DNA of 64,000 bases from the NCBI GenBank assembly GCA_051530055.1, contig CM121342.1, positions 8,155,412 to 8,219,411 of the forward strand, in the 5' to 3' direction. This DNA is from Neoechinorhynchus agilis. Lineage: Eukaryota; Animalia; Acanthocephala. Made by a program: the position numbers and the translations under genes. The notes under the pieces are model-generated. The model did no database searches, was not told where the DNA came from, and was given only the letters and a program-made list of their open reading frames with translations. The number at the start of each line of letters is the position of its first letter. The first letter of the stretch is position 1. Shown here piece after piece: positions 46,089 to 59,805 of the stretch.

Positions 46089-46235
46089 AAATATAATGAA
46101 CAATATGGCACACGACAGAATTTGATCTCTAAGGAACTAGTGGAGACCACAAAGAGCCGCAAATTTTTTAACCAACGCTGGAAAATGGTTTGCCGCAACG
46201 AAGGACCTCGTGCAGTCCAACTATTTTTATTGGAT

Positions 46236-47480
46236 AAGTGTTTTTGAGAATAAAAAGCATCGATAAAGACGTACTCAAGATTATGCACCTCGGAAATATC
46301 GAATTTAATAAATTCCTTTTAACTTTCCGCCTCAATAATGAACAATTCAATGTTCAAATATAAATTTGTCGAACAAGTGTTTTTGAGAATAAAAAGCATC
46401 GATAAAGACGTACTCAAGATTATGCACCTCGGAAATATCGAATTTAATAAATTCCTTTAAGCTTTCCGCCTCAATCATGAACAATTCAATGTTCAAATAT
46501 AAATTTGCCGAACAAGTGTTTTTGAGAATAAAAAGCATCGATAAAGACGTACTCAAGATTATGCACCTCGGAAATATCGAATTTAATAAATTCCTTTTAA
46601 CTTTCCGCCTCAATAATGAACAATTCAATGTTCAAATATAAATTTGTCGAACAAGTGTTTTTGAGAATAAAAAGCATCGATAAAGACGTACTCAAGATTA
46701 TGCACCTCGGAAATATCGAATTTAATAAAGTTTTTTAAGCTTTCCGCCTCAATAATGAACAATTCAATGTTCAAATATAAATTTGCCGAACAAGTTTTTG
46801 AGAATAAAAAGCATCGATAAAGACGTACTCAAGATTATGCACCTCGGAAATATCGAATTTAATAAAGTTTTAAGCTTTCCGCCTCAATAATGAACAATTC
46901 AATGTTCAAATATAAATTTGCCGAACAAGTGTTTTTGAGAATAAAAAGCATCGATAAAGACGTACTCAAGATTATGCACCTCGGAAATATCGAATTTAAT
47001 AAATTCCTTTTAACTTTCCGCCTCAATCATGAACAATTCAATGTTCAAATATAAATTTGTCGAACAAGTGTTTTTGAGAATAAAAAGCATCGATAAAGAC
47101 GTACTCAAGATTATGCACCTCGGAAATATCGAATTTAATAAATTCCTTTAAACTTTCCGCCTCAATCATGAACAATTAAATGTTCAAATATAAATTTGTC
47201 AAACAAGTGTTTTTGAGAATAAAAGCATCGATAAAGACGTTCTCAATATTATGCACCTCGGAAATATCGGATTTAATAAATTCCTTTAAGCTTTCCGCCT
47301 CAATCATGGACAATTAAATGTTCAAATATGAATTTGTCAAACAAGTGTTTTTGAGAATAAAAAGCATCGATGAAGACGTACTCAAGATTGTGCACTTGGG
47401 AAATATCGGATTTAATAAATTACTACTTCAATTTTTCCGCCATAAACTAACATGAATAATTCAATCTTCAAATACATCGG
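46236..47480. repeat. Tandem array, 9 units of about 139 bp
   Basis: AAGTGTTTTTGAGAATAAAAAGCATCGAT (with small variants) at 46236, 46375, 46514, 46653, 46792, 46927, 47066, 47205 and 47343. Confidence 0.96.
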
Positions 47481-47741
47481 AGAAGTGGAATTCAGAAAAG
47501 GAATGCCGGGTCCTCGAGGAAATAGAGGAATTTGAACTTTTATAAATTATTGCCATATTCAGAAATGGGGTTCTGGTGATCATTATCCCGAATAAAACTT
47601 TATGCGATCACAAGAACACCAAATTTACCATAACGAAAGATTTTCTGTCGGTAATAGTCAGAATTATTGCTTTGGTAAAAAAACTTGAAAACTAATAGCA
47701 TTTTATTTAGACTTAACGCGGACTTTGTGGTAGCTCTGATT

Positions 47742-48260
47742 TTAAAACAAACCGATTCCATCCCTTTTGGATTCCTTCCAATTCTGAATAGCTCGATAAA
47801 GAGTAACCGGAAGCCTATCTCTCCGAAGTGCCATTAAATATCTCGAAGTAACGAAATCAATATCGTTTTCCCTTCCTATAATGTCACCCAATCCTCCTTT
47901 GCTCAAACTTCCGTCGCTTATTTTAGGCGCTCCACAACCAACGATAACCATCGGACTCTCAACTAAAACCGTATCTTCTTCTCTAACGGATTCATGATGT
48001 TCTTCAGATTCAGAAATTAAGGAGAGCTTGGACTCCTGCTCGCTGATTCCATTGAAATGACCACTCAGACCTTCCCATATACTGATTTGGCCATCCAATG
48101 GCACCACGTCTAATTCATCTTCATCCGCATTTGTGTCTGCTTTACCCAATTCTGCGCTTTGTATCGACTCAGCTTTAATCGTAGCATCAGATCTTTCTAA
48201 ACCCAATGCATTATTTAACATTCGCTTGATACTTTTTCCGCAACCAGCGAACGGGGACAT
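47742..48260 (-). CDS. Hypothetical acidic protein, divergent from the Tctex-1-like gene
   Basis: 172-aa ATG-initiated ORF, head-to-head with 48598 across about 340 bp; no recognised family. Confidence 0.45.
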   Translation of the reverse strand: MSPFAGCGKSIKRMLNNALGLERSDATIKAESIQSAELGKADTNADEDELDVVPLDGQISIWEGLSGHFNGISEQESKLSLISESEEHHESVREEDTVLVESPMVIVGCGAPKISDGSLSKGGLGDIIGRENDIDFVTSRYLMALRRDRLPVTLYRAIQNWKESKRDGIGLF

Positions 48261-48597
48261 CGCTTAATTTATCAGGACTTTTGAAGCAAAAAGGTTGCCA
48301 TAGTGAATTTCCGGAAAGACTAAAGCGATTATAATTGCTAAAAATGTTTATCGTAAACTCTTTTTAGACACTTATTATTGTTTAAAATACGGTAAAAAAC
48401 ATCGAATTTGAAAATGTCTATTAACGAAATACATTCACATTTCGGCACTTGATTCTTAAAAATAAGGAAATTACTTAAAATTAGCTTAGAAAAGACATGT
48501 AAACAGCTCGCAAAATAACCGTTATTTAAGATATGTAACCGTGGTTACTTCAATATTATGGAGAACTTAATCGTATAAGTCAATTTTTAAACTTCAA

Positions 48598-48951
48598 ATG
48601 CCCACCGAAGAGCGTTTAGTGTCATCCGAAACAAAGGAAGCAAAGGAAATCGAAGTGTTTTTCTGTGGAACGGTTCAATCGATAGTGAAAGAAGTGTTGA
48701 CCGGATTCGAGTGTGATTTAACTCGGGCGGATAAAATGGCGTCCGAGTTGACAACGAAATTGGTTCAAGAACTTCAGAAACGATACCCTGGCCAAAAGAC
48801 TGCGGTATCATCTCTATTTTACCATAGAGATTATGAGGTCTCAACCGGGATGGATTATAAATGGGACAAACAAAAGGACACGATGATGTTGGGAGTTTTC
48901 CGATGCCGAGGAATAATCTGTGTTGTTACTATTTACGTTTTGGATTTTTAA
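48598..48951 (+). CDS. Tctex-1 family dynein light chain-like protein
   Basis: 117 aa; the pattern IVKEVL...K.AV...WDKQKDT...F...CVVTIY fits the Tctex-1 fold. Confidence 0.62.
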   Translation: MPTEERLVSSETKEAKEIEVFFCGTVQSIVKEVLTGFECDLTRADKMASELTTKLVQELQKRYPGQKTAVSSLFYHRDYEVSTGMDYKWDKQKDTMMLGVFRCRGIICVVTIYVLDF

Positions 48952-49173
48952 ATCATTTTAATACAACGTTATTGTTCGTATATTAAAAAGAACTCTTCGT
49001 GGACGAATTTTTCGGAGGTAAAATAAGCAACAAGTAAAAGCAAAATTTGCATGAATTCAACAACCCACAATTTGTGTTTATTGGCCTGGTTAACATTTTA
49101 ACGAAAGTGGTCGGCAAAGTTGAACTAAAACGTTGTTATTTAGGTTGCTTGTCAACACTCGAGAGGGATTGAA

Positions 49174-49722
49174 TATTTCGACTGATTGAATCAGTCATTA
49201 TTAATTCAATCTAAAAAATTACAAAGGAATTTGTCACAACACACACCAAATGATTGTTTCCGTTTGGATTCGGGAACGCGGGATCTTTAACCCCGTAGGT
49301 GACCCTTTTGGTTCATTTAAGTCAACTGCAGGTAATTGGAGGGAAACTTAATATCGACTCTTTGATAAGTTGATAGCATTTCCCCTGTTCCTTCCCAAGG
49401 TCTTTGAACAAATCTTTGTTTCACCACACGAAGGCCATCTCGCAGTCGTTGCAGGGGACATACAAAGGGAGATCGTTAAAGACGAATGTATATTTCGACT
49501 GATTGAATCAGCCATTGGCAATTCAATCTAAAACAAATTACAGATTAATTTGTCACCGTTTGGACTCGGGAACGCGGGAGAGCGGCACGTCTCGCCTTAA
49601 CTCTGGCTGTCTTTAAAAGGTTTTTCATCTTGTGTATATCGGAGACGGGCGAGAGGTTATTAGTGAAAGTCTAACCTAAAATATCAGGCTTCTTATAAGC
49701 AGGGTCGAAATCTAACCCAAAA
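49174..49722. repeat. Overlapping local direct duplications at the LINE 3' end
   Basis: 49174-49283 resembles 49491-49579; 49580-49722 resembles 50032-50174. Confidence 0.8.
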
Positions 49723-49828
49723 ATCCCACGATTAAAAAAATTATTCGACAAAGGCAAACCATGGATCGAACGCTGTCGCTGAATAACTGAAGCAACATTC
49801 TATACTAGTTACTATCCGTTTTTGGAAG

Positions 49829-52101
49829 TCACAATCCGATCCACTGCATTGATTTATTCGCCCAGTCTGCTGAGGAAATCCACTCAAAGGGCAATCTCGA
49901 CAGGATTTTCAAGAATACACAGCGGAATTTTAGGCGTTGTTCTGGAGGCCTTCCTCTGGAATAAAAAACTAGGCCTGAAATAGCCCAACAGCACCATATT
50001 ACTTTGCATATCTTGGCGCTGAGCCTAATACGAGCGGCACGTCTCGCCTTAACTCTTGCTGTCCTTAAAAGTTTTTCCATCTTGTGTATATCGGAGGCGG
50101 GCGAAAGGTTATTAGTGAAAGTATAACCTAAAATATCAAGCTTCTTATAAGCAGGGTCGAAATCTAACCCAAAAGAAATCCTTGATATAATCCCGGATGT
50201 TCTTCTTGCCCACTCGAGATTTAGATTTGATTAAAAATTTCGTCTTCTTTTGATTCAAAGAGAGACCCATATGAGGTAGGTGAGATTTTAAAAAGTTCAG
50301 CACGGCAGCCAGTTTCGCACGTTCTCTCATATAATTTAACTCTTTGATAACTACAGTAAGGTCATCGGCGTACATAGTGACGCTACGACAAATCGTACAA
50401 TTTTTAATCAAAAATTGAGTTGCCAAGCAAAAAAGTATGGGTGATAAAGGTGAGCCTTGAGGAACCCCTTTGGATTGATAGAATAGAGACCTTGATGGGT
50501 CGTCATCTGCAAAGAAAAATCGTTTACATTTCAGGATGTTGTTCACCCTAGCAATTATATTAAAAGGAAAACAAATTTTTTTTAAAATATTCACCATAAA
50601 AGCAATGTCAATATTATCAAAAGCTTTAGAAATATCGAAAGAGATAAGAATGTTTGTTGACTTGGGGTGACTAAAAATGTTATCTATTATTTGAGCAATT
50701 TCAGTATGAACAGATTTCCCTGGGAGGAAACCATGACAGCGCTCATCAATAAGGTGATGTTTAAAAACAAAAATCCATTATAATTTTGGCCAAAACTCGC
50801 TCGTATATGGAAACAAACGAATTCTGAATGGAGATAGGTCTCACATCACCAGGTGAAGAAACAACCCTACCTTTTTTTACAGAGAAATATTCTTTTCGCT
50901 ATGTTTATCTGAGACCATTTATCAGGGTCGCGATCTGAATATCTATGAATTTTGTCGAGAGAGTTTCGATGAGACCGTTTAACTGGGTAGACAGTCTCCT
51001 CTCAAGACCCTGAATGGCCGCGGTGATTCGTAGATCGACCATGTCGAGGATTTTAGCGGAGAAATCAGCCAACTTCTTTTCCAAGGTGTCATCATAAGTC
51101 GTTCGTAGATTATTAACATCTCTGGATGTACCCAGTTGTTGCCTTGAGTATGTTTTTATGGTTGTATTGGTTGTTGCAGATCCTCTTATGGGTATGCAAT
51201 TTGTCGTATTCCAACTATTCTGGGCAACTCGAGTGTCGGATGAATTATTTCCCTTGGATCCAAGCAGTCTCGCCCACACAACATATTCCTTAAATGCTTC
51301 ACAATTCTTCGAGAACGCACAATGTCCATCTCGATCGTAGTTTGAGCAGTGCCTTTTCTTTTTGTCACATTTGGTACTGTGGTGGTCTTGGCCACAAAAA
51401 GCGCATCGCGTGACCTTGGACGGGCACCTCTGCTCCCAATGTCCCCAACATTGACACCCACTGCACCGAGGAAAGTAATAGTCGTCGTAACGCGAAATCT
51501 CGTTTGAAGTAAATTTAACCTCCATGGATTGGAAGAAGGATCGCTCAGTGCAAAGTGCGTCCCTCCGTTCGACCGCAGCTTTTACAATAGCTTTGGGAAT
51601 AAACTTCCCCGTTCTTGATGACTTCAGGAAAAAGAGCAACTTGACTCCGAATTTTTCCTCGAACGCTATCTTATCTGCATCATCAATATCTGGAGAGAGC
51701 CCAGAAACGATAAAGGTTGATTTATAACTTGTGTTCGAAATTGTCACACCTGCAAGGTTGCAGTTTTTCTTGATGAAAGCCAGATAAGCCTTCATAAAAT
51801 CCGCTGCTATAAACCTGATTTTCAATATTCCTCCGAAATAGCTGATAGATGAAATACGATGGATATCATCCTTAAAGGATTTGAGCCACGGAGCCAGATA
51901 ACGTCTGTGTAGCTCTTCTCTGAGTTGTATTGGATTTGCTTCGATTTTTATCGTATTGGGCCATCTTTTAGAAAGCACGTCCACGAAATGCTTACTATTT
52001 TGATCGCTGAGAAGTTGACTCCGACTGTCCGTAGGCACGGAAATTCTCAGAACATTGGGTGGCCCGTACGCCACCCTCCACCGCAACAGCTTGTTGCGCA
52101 C
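49829..52101 (-). mobile_element. LINE with gag-like ORF1 (three CCHC-type knuckles, 50905-52101) joined to a frameshifted RT; endonuclease deleted
   Basis: CSGCQCWGHWEQRC and CAFCGQDHHSTKC; then KKGRVVSSPGDVRPISI, FDISKAFD, GVPQGSPLSPILF and MYADDL. Confidence 0.88.
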
Positions 52102-52480
52102 ACATTTTTCCTTCAGATTGAGATATACTAGTTACAAACACGAACTACGCAACGGTATTGATTAATATTTTAAGTTTTACCGGCAAGCCGGTTTGTTTGA
52201 TATGAACATTAAATTTTAGTTTGTTCCTTCTTGCCCGGCCCTCCTCCCGGGATGTATCTGGGAATCCGGAGAGATGTACAAACTTTTAACCTTAGTTTAA
52301 AACTTACTGACAATCGCTGAAGAAGATCCGAGATAGTGGATCTAAATATCCAATAAAAACCTTAATTTCATTTATCTCTCCTATCGACAAATAACAATGA
52401 ATATCTTTTCAACAAACTTTTAACCGTGCATTAGAGACTATGTGGCTTTATCACTTCTCTGATGTAATTGGTTTGGCTTT

Positions 52481-52930
52481 ATGCCTAAAAATAAGCCGGA
52501 CAAGAAGGGGCAAACTAAAAATTTAATGATGATATTCAATGCGGCACACATATTGCAGAAAATAGGAAAACTACTGGGGAAAGCTCATCTTGATATAAAT
52601 CTCCAAAAATGTCTTATTATCCCTAACAACCAGACCAGAGCAACTAATCTTAGAACTTCAACACTTTTATCTAATTTTAAAGAGTTGCCGAAGGTTTCGA
52701 AAAATAGCAAGTTATTAGGACTTAAGGTACCGTTACTTGGATACCCGATTTACGAGTTGGGAAGGATTCGAAATATGTTTTATAAAGCCAAACTCATATT
52801 GAAAAGAGGGAGGCGTTTAGGTATAAATGATAAAATGATGATAAATATAACTAAAACCCTTATTTTTGGTACAATTTGTTTTTTATAAGAGGCAGACCGC
52901 CAGAACAACGACTAATGATGTTTTTTAAAA
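52481..52930 (+). mobile_element. Degenerate RT C-terminal fragment of the same LINE lineage
   Basis: LDINLQKCLII and YKAKLILKRGRRLGI...GTICFL align with 15058-15618. Confidence 0.55.
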
Positions 52931-53894
52931 TCTTCCCGATTGTTAAAAAGATCAAGTTCTTATCAGCGGAATCAAATAAGGCATTGAATAAAGATCTGGC
53001 GATTTTCTTTTTATCCAAAATATAATATTATAGCAGCTGTAAATATAAATTCGCAAAACTTGTTTTTAATACACATAATCAAATGTGTCTGCAACTAATG
53101 AAAGGTAAGTTTGATTCAACTAATTTTAAAGAAATTATAATCCGAGACTTTCTTAAGAAAAACCTTGATCATTTTTTAGAATGATTTGTATTCCCCTTCA
53201 CAAACGGTGAGTTACCTTAACAGATCTTAGTATCATTTATAGGAAATGGAAGTATTCGAAACCAAACACGGCTAAATGCGATTATTCTTTGTTTTGATAA
53301 TTGCGCAGAGACACAAAAGTGTGCGCAATAAAGACTAAATCTCAAGCAATTGTAGAAAAGGATTGTAATGGAGGTTCTTAGAAAATGAATGATTGTAACC
53401 AGTATGAGGTAATAAATAACATATAACTGCCGTATATTTTGGTAGTCTTATTATATGACTGCTGAACGATCAAAAATGAACTTTTGATGAGTATCCTTAT
53501 AATATCTAGTGACCTTTCAACAAAAAATGCAGGTGATGAAAGAAGTTTCAATGGATATTGAAAGAACTCGGTTTACAATGATAGCCAATTGTTCATAACA
53601 TTCACCAAACATTTAAAAGATTTAAATTTCCAACGATTAGCCTAAGAAATTGATTATAATTGAAGAGCAAAATAAGAAGCAAATCTTGAGTTTAACCTCC
53701 AATTTAATTTTAATTACAGATAAATTAATGACATTGTTTTTAGCTTTTTTGATTCCCAGGAAGCTGTAGTCATATTTTAGACCGTTTAATCGAGAATTCT
53801 GCTAGTTGATAAACAGGTAAAAGAATATGCGCAACGTATATAATATTTCGCCCCCAACGTGGGTCTTCAGATCTAAAAATAAGGCATGGAGAAT

Positions 53895-54340
53895 TTATGT
53901 AATCTTCATTTTGAGGATATAATCGGGCTTTTTGCCTTCCATTGTTTCGTTATTTTTGATACAGATCGCTTCAGTTATGATACGAGTGTATTGATCGTCG
54001 CTACGGTCCAATATTTTTGTGTCATTAAAATCGATTGAGTGTCCTGTGTTATCTACATGATTTACTATTGCAGAATTTTTATCTTGCCTCCTCAAATCGT
54101 ATTTGTGTTCATAAGTTTTGCGAGCAACATTATTCGTTTGTCCTGACTTGTTGCAGTCTGTGCATGGCATGCTATAAACCACGCCATGTGGTGGGTCACC
54201 CTTGTGGAGGGATTTCCTGAAGGCCGAATCTGGAGCTTTGGATTATATTTTTGATGCAAAATAGTTGGAATAATTCTAGTTTTTCAGTCGATTCGCTGGC
54301 AAGCGAAGAATAATGTTTCGTCCTTTTTTCGAAGAGTTTT
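53895..54340 (-). mobile_element. Penelope-like element GIY-YIG endonuclease fragment
   Basis: GVVYSMPCTDC..GQT...EH...SAIVNHVDNTGHSIDF...IL...R.ITEAICI. Confidence 0.8.
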
Positions 54341-54605
54341 AAGTTGAAGAAGCGAAACACAACCCGGGCAGTGATTTTGCGCTCACAAAAATTCCCAGTT
54401 CACAGTCTTTGGCGGCAAGTGACTTTGTGTCAAATACTCATTTCCCCTCATCTCACTTGCAGCATTGAAAAATAATTAACATTCTGAATACGGCACCACA
54501 AATTTTATGGATAAAAACTAAAAGCGCTCTCAACTTTATGATAGAATTTCATTTTCAAATCCAACCGAAAGTAAAACTTTTTGTTCCATTAAAGCCGCTT
54601 GACAT

Positions 54606-56292
54606 TCAAAGATCCTGTTCTCTATGTTCTATGGCATCATTCTCTTGATGATTTTCAGGATCTTTTGCCCAACTGCACTGTTCTCCGGATCCAAGAATAC
54701 CGTAGATTGCGGAAGATAAGAACAGCGATCCAGAATAGACCATTAACACTGTCTTCCATTTTGAGGCTACATTCCGTGTTTCTGAACCGACTATTGTCGA
54801 GGGAAGTGTTGGTGAAATGAAACCCGCGATGGCCGACATTGTATTTCCGATTCCGTATATTATTGCGGAATAATTGCCTCCAATATCTGACACTGCAACA
54901 AAGTAGCCTCCTGCGAATGCCATAGAACTAAATAAACGAACGATAAGTTAAAGTAAAGATGGCAAAGATTTACATGAAGAATCCACAGAAGAGAAACAAT
55001 ACGACGGCTACGATTCTCCGTTCTGGCGGAACAAACGCAATCATCAGCATTGACAATCCGACAAGTAGAGAACCTGTTAAAAGATCAATAAACAAATGAA
55101 TAAACGTTGTTTAACTAACTTCCTGATTGAAAGAATTTCCTACAGTTTGTTCTGGAAAGGACGCGGCCATTGATCAATTTGTCCGCGAAGTATCCATTAA
55201 GGATACTCCCGATTGTGCAAACAACATGGGGTAGAGCGGAATATAGGCCCATTTCCGAATAACTGTACTTGAGAGCATCCTTTAAGTATTGTGGAACGAC
55301 CGTGTACGTGGCGTAGAGTCCGAAATCGTAAAACATCATCGTTAGGCACAATCCCCACACCTCTTTTGACTGAGCGATAGCTTTCCAGGGGATTGCATTG
55401 GACGCTGGCGTTGTATGGACCACGTTGCTTTCAATATAATTCAATTCATATTTGTTTATCCTTCTGCAGTTCTGCGGTGACCGCGAACCATATAGCATCC
55501 ATAAAAGAAGCCAAACCAGTCCAATGAATCCTAGATTATTACTTTTTTTATACATAATTATTAGCTAGAATTACTTACCAAGAAGATAAAAAAAGAGTGC
55601 CCATCCACTAATGTAATATATGATCGTGTTGTTGATTTTGCAGAAAATGCCGCCCAAGTAGAGAGATACGACTGTTCCCATGGCCTGACTTGCTCCAACG
55701 AGGCCCATGTGGGTCGATCTTTCTTTAGGTGGAAACCAAGCGGCTGCTACACTGTACAGCGAAGGCCACGCAAGCGCTTGGCCAATTCCAGCCACAATGC
55801 GGGATGCCACCATTGTGCCGACGCCTTTGTTGGCGGCAAAGGGACAAATCAGGGTCGAAATTGTTGACATTGTCAAAAATATGGACAGTGTTCTATGGGC
55901 ATCAGTCCTGGCAACGACATAGCCGCCAACGAATTGAACGAGCGCGTATCCAATGTAGAAGGATCCCAGAATTATGCCGGTTCGGGTTTTCCAATCATAA
56001 TAACCGTTTCCCTGTTATTTAAAAATCGAAAAATTGATAATAGAAGAAAACCGAATTTACCTTATCGTCCTTCACCATCCCAGTTATTGCTGAACTCAGT
56101 CCGTTTCTTTGAGCGTAGCAGGAGAATATTGCGAAGCTAAGTAGAACTGTTATTCTTAACCGATATGAGTTAAGAAATAAAACTTAAGGAATTATTGATT
56201 TGGTATTAATAAGCAATAAAATACGTACTCCATTTTGGCCTCGAAACTTCAATTTGATCGAGCTCCAGTTCGAGTTTTGATTCAGCGTTCAT
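54606..56292 (-). CDS. SLC17 / sialin-like MFS anion transporter, six exons, GT-AG introns
   Basis: YAQRNGLSSAITGMV, ILGSFYIGY, SRIVAGIGQALAWP, WFPPKERS and YLKDAL..SEMGLYSALP; five canonical introns of about 45-50 nt. Confidence 0.85.
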
Positions 56293-58079
56293 TGTTCTGT
56301 CGAAAGTTTAACCACAGAGAAATTGCCAAAGATTATCCGTAGTGGCTGAACTTATCCACCCTGAGAGATACGCAAACTGGCGTCGAACTGTTTTTCAATC
56401 TGTGTACGAACACAGTCAACAAAATCCATCTATATTTGTCAATAAAAATGCCAGTAAACAAATAATCGGTCGATATTTTTGTTGGTCTATGAGATCGCAT
56501 AAAGAAATCGTGGATTAGTATCTTCGGTTGTCATTAGCAAACATAACTATAATAATTTTCTATTCGATAATCAAAGTAAATCGATTTTTTATAATTTAGT
56601 TGTGCGTTTTTTGGAGGTTGAATTCGAACGCAAAACTAAAATGTGGATAATTAGACACCGAGAGTGATCGATAACATCTTCAACAGATTGTTGGAAAATT
56701 AAAAAGAAACGTATTCATCATTTTAAGGACGCAAACTTAAATATTTTATTGCCACTCCTGCAAGGCTTCAATTATACCATGTCTGAAAAGTTACTTTGAT
56801 TTACAAAACACCAAACAATGTGAATCATTCACTTAAATCATTGTTGTAATGCCCAAGGATTTTAGCATGAATTTAACAAAAAAGTTTATTCTTTGACCAT
56901 CTCCCGCTGGAATTTAGGTCTCTAGACCTTAGGCAGCGATTTTTTTTAAATGATTCGAAAACACCTATGAAAACGAAAAGCTTACTGATCGTGTTAAAAT
57001 CTCCAATAAAAATTTAATAGACGTAAATGGATTAGTCTCTATGATTGGCATAAATAATGTTTGATGTTCGAAAAAAATAACGAGAAGCCAAAAACTGTGA
57101 TAATCATAAAAATTTATATGTTATTGGAAAAAATCGTACAGTTTCGTAAATCAAATCGTCGATGATCGTCCTCTTGATGATCGAATATTAAATAATCACT
57201 TTTTATTTAGTATCAAGTGCTTTGTTTTTATATCAGGACAACAATAAAAACGAAAGTTATAATACGAAATCAATCACCCTTCAATTTCTATAATAAGTAC
57301 AAAGAATGGACAGAACAAATCAAAGATATTTGAAAACCGTACAGATCATTGTCGTCATACTTTTAGCTTAATAATGTAAAAAAATGCTAAATAATGCGAA
57401 TCAAATGTTCGGAAACAAAAAATTTAAATAACAAAAGGAATATCTCCTGCGAGATTCTCCAGCGTATTCTGCAGCCTGTTAAGGTACAGGACTTCCCTTC
57501 CCTGCACCTGGCTAAATAGTTTGTAGCTAAATAACAAAACTATCCTAGAGAAGTTCATTTTTCATGGATATTATAGAAAGAACAAACAAAAAGAAATAAC
57601 GAACGGCTCTTAAAATTTTTTTCCTGCAATTGAGGCTATTTAGTTGATTTCACATCTTTAGTTAATCCTTATAATTTTCCCATCTTTTGACGCCAACGAT
57701 TGTAACATATTTGCAATTCGATCAAGTAGGATAACGCACCTGATTGCTAGGTTTTTAGTTGAATAAAGATTGGCAAAACAATCATTTAAGTTAATTATAA
57801 ACTTCGCCGCATTATACTTAGGTTGTTTTCCTTCGCCAAGTGTATGAACCTAGTAATGGCCGGATGGCCGAGGTCGGAGTGTTTTTATAGAAGCTGTCTG
57901 TTTCGAGTTGTCATGGAAGCGCAAACATCACGAGACATGACATCTACAGAACAATTCTCGTTACCGGGTCGATATCTTATCGAATATGAGAATCCAGATA
58001 GTTCTAGGTGCCACCATAATATCCTTTCGTTTCTAATTTTCTTCTAGTTGTTCTGGTTCATCAAGAACGATACAGATTT

Positions 58080-59100
58080 CTAGTCAGTAATAATAACGAT
58101 GGGTTTTATGGTCAAAAAGACAGCACCAACATTTGACTACCTCAAACAGTGCGTAAGCCTCTTTTTCAACGATATAATAGTTCTTTTCTGCTTTATTTAG
58201 CTTTCTAGAAAAAACACCACGGGTTTACCGTCTTGGAAAAGAGTAGCACCAATAGCATCCTTCGATGCGTCGGTTTCTAGAGCGAATTCTTTGGTTTCGT
58301 CGTATTGGTCAGTACGGACGATCTGACTTCTTAATTTAATCGCATGATCGCTGTGATGGCGTCGTTTTTGAGATGGTGGAGTGCTGGAATATCCAGCGAC
58401 TATGGTAAGCAAAAAATCCTAGAAGTCGCCAAAGCGCTTCCTTATTAGTAGGAATAGGCACATCCATCAGTGGCTTTCGGTGGTGCGGATCGGGTTTTAA
58501 CTGCCCGAGTCCGATCCCATATCCGAGTACAGATATCTTTTCCATTCCAAATTTGCTTTTCGCATTATTGGGTTTAAGGCCGGCCAATAATGCCACTTGC
58601 TTAAATCGGGTTAGGTTAATATCTTGCTTCATCTTCGTTTTGCCAAGCACTATGATATCATCCAAATATGAATAAGTCTCTTTTAAGCAGTTTGAATCGA
58701 TTAGGTGATTTGCGAACCTCTGAAGCGCAACTACTCCGTTGGCTAGTTCCATCTGAATTATTGTGAACCTACAAAATTGACCGCATGCCTCGAAGACCGT
58801 GTATTTTCGTTCTTCAGGTGAAATTGGCAATTGGTAATTAACCTCCTGAAGATCTAGTTGACTGAAATGCCGGTTAGCTGCGATTCTATTATCTGTTTGA
58901 TCGATTTTCGGAAGTGGATACGTTCAGAGAAATGTATATCGATTGATAGTTTGGGAGAAATTAAAAACTAATCTCAGTGGGTATACACCAGAAATTCAAG
59001 CGACTATTAGTGGCAGTATCCGGCGGATTTGGCCGACAATGCGAGGTCATCATGTGTCTACGAGCGACGTCAAGAGATTGATTAACTTTACCGCATTCCA
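58080..59100 (-). mobile_element. Ty3/gypsy pol fragment (RT plus RNase H), degenerate
   Basis: QLPISPEERKYTVF, SYLDDIIV, LKPDP, RLLGFFAY and ALETDASKDAIGATLFQ. Confidence 0.88.
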
Positions 59101-59805
59101 GGACGAGTAGACTTAAGCTTTTAAAAATATATTGTTCCCGTTCAATGATCACCAGTGTGATTTGGTAATGTGAATGGAGTCGTCTCGATTAAGATATCGG
59201 TGGTTATTTTAAGTTGTGTTGGCGTGATTGTCGATCTCCTATGTTTTGCATGTCTCCTAATAATAGCGTCGAATCTTGAGAGTTTAGCTGTTAGATCTGG
59301 GAAGCGTTTAATCATACACAGCTTAAATTGAAACCTTTGATTTAAAAAAAGATTAAGACAAGTAAATGTTTAACGATTTCATACCTATTCAAGTTCCAAA
59401 ATCATTGAGTTTCTGGAGCGGAGGAAAATCATATAACTGTTGTCGGTTTGATGATTTACCGGCCTTTCGCTTTTCGACAGCGATGGTCTGAAGGTTTTAT
59501 TTTTGCGAGCGCACGTTTAAGTTCTTGGATCGATTATAAGTTTTAGTTTTCCTTGCTTAAACGAATTTAAATTCGCCTTTAAAGAGTTTAATATTACAGA
59601 CGTCATTTGCCAATGGAGAAAAATTATAATGATAACGAATCCGAACTTTTTGTCAACAATGGACACAAGTGTTTGTGCAGCCAGTAATATCTCTAAATAA
59701 TACCCGAACCCCCTCGCTCCACTTGGGACTTAACCATTTCAACAAACCAATGCTGCCCGATATCCGAGGGTCTCAACACATAATTGCCCGGTTTGTGACA
59801 AGCAG

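Noticed and set aside
46236-47480. CRISPR-like array
   Set aside because: Whole 139-bp units repeat with no unique spacers; eukaryotic context and no cas genes.
49696-49707. TAAGCAGGGTCG resembling 5S rRNA
   Set aside because: Only 12 nt, inside a duplicated RT segment, with no flanking 5S similarity.
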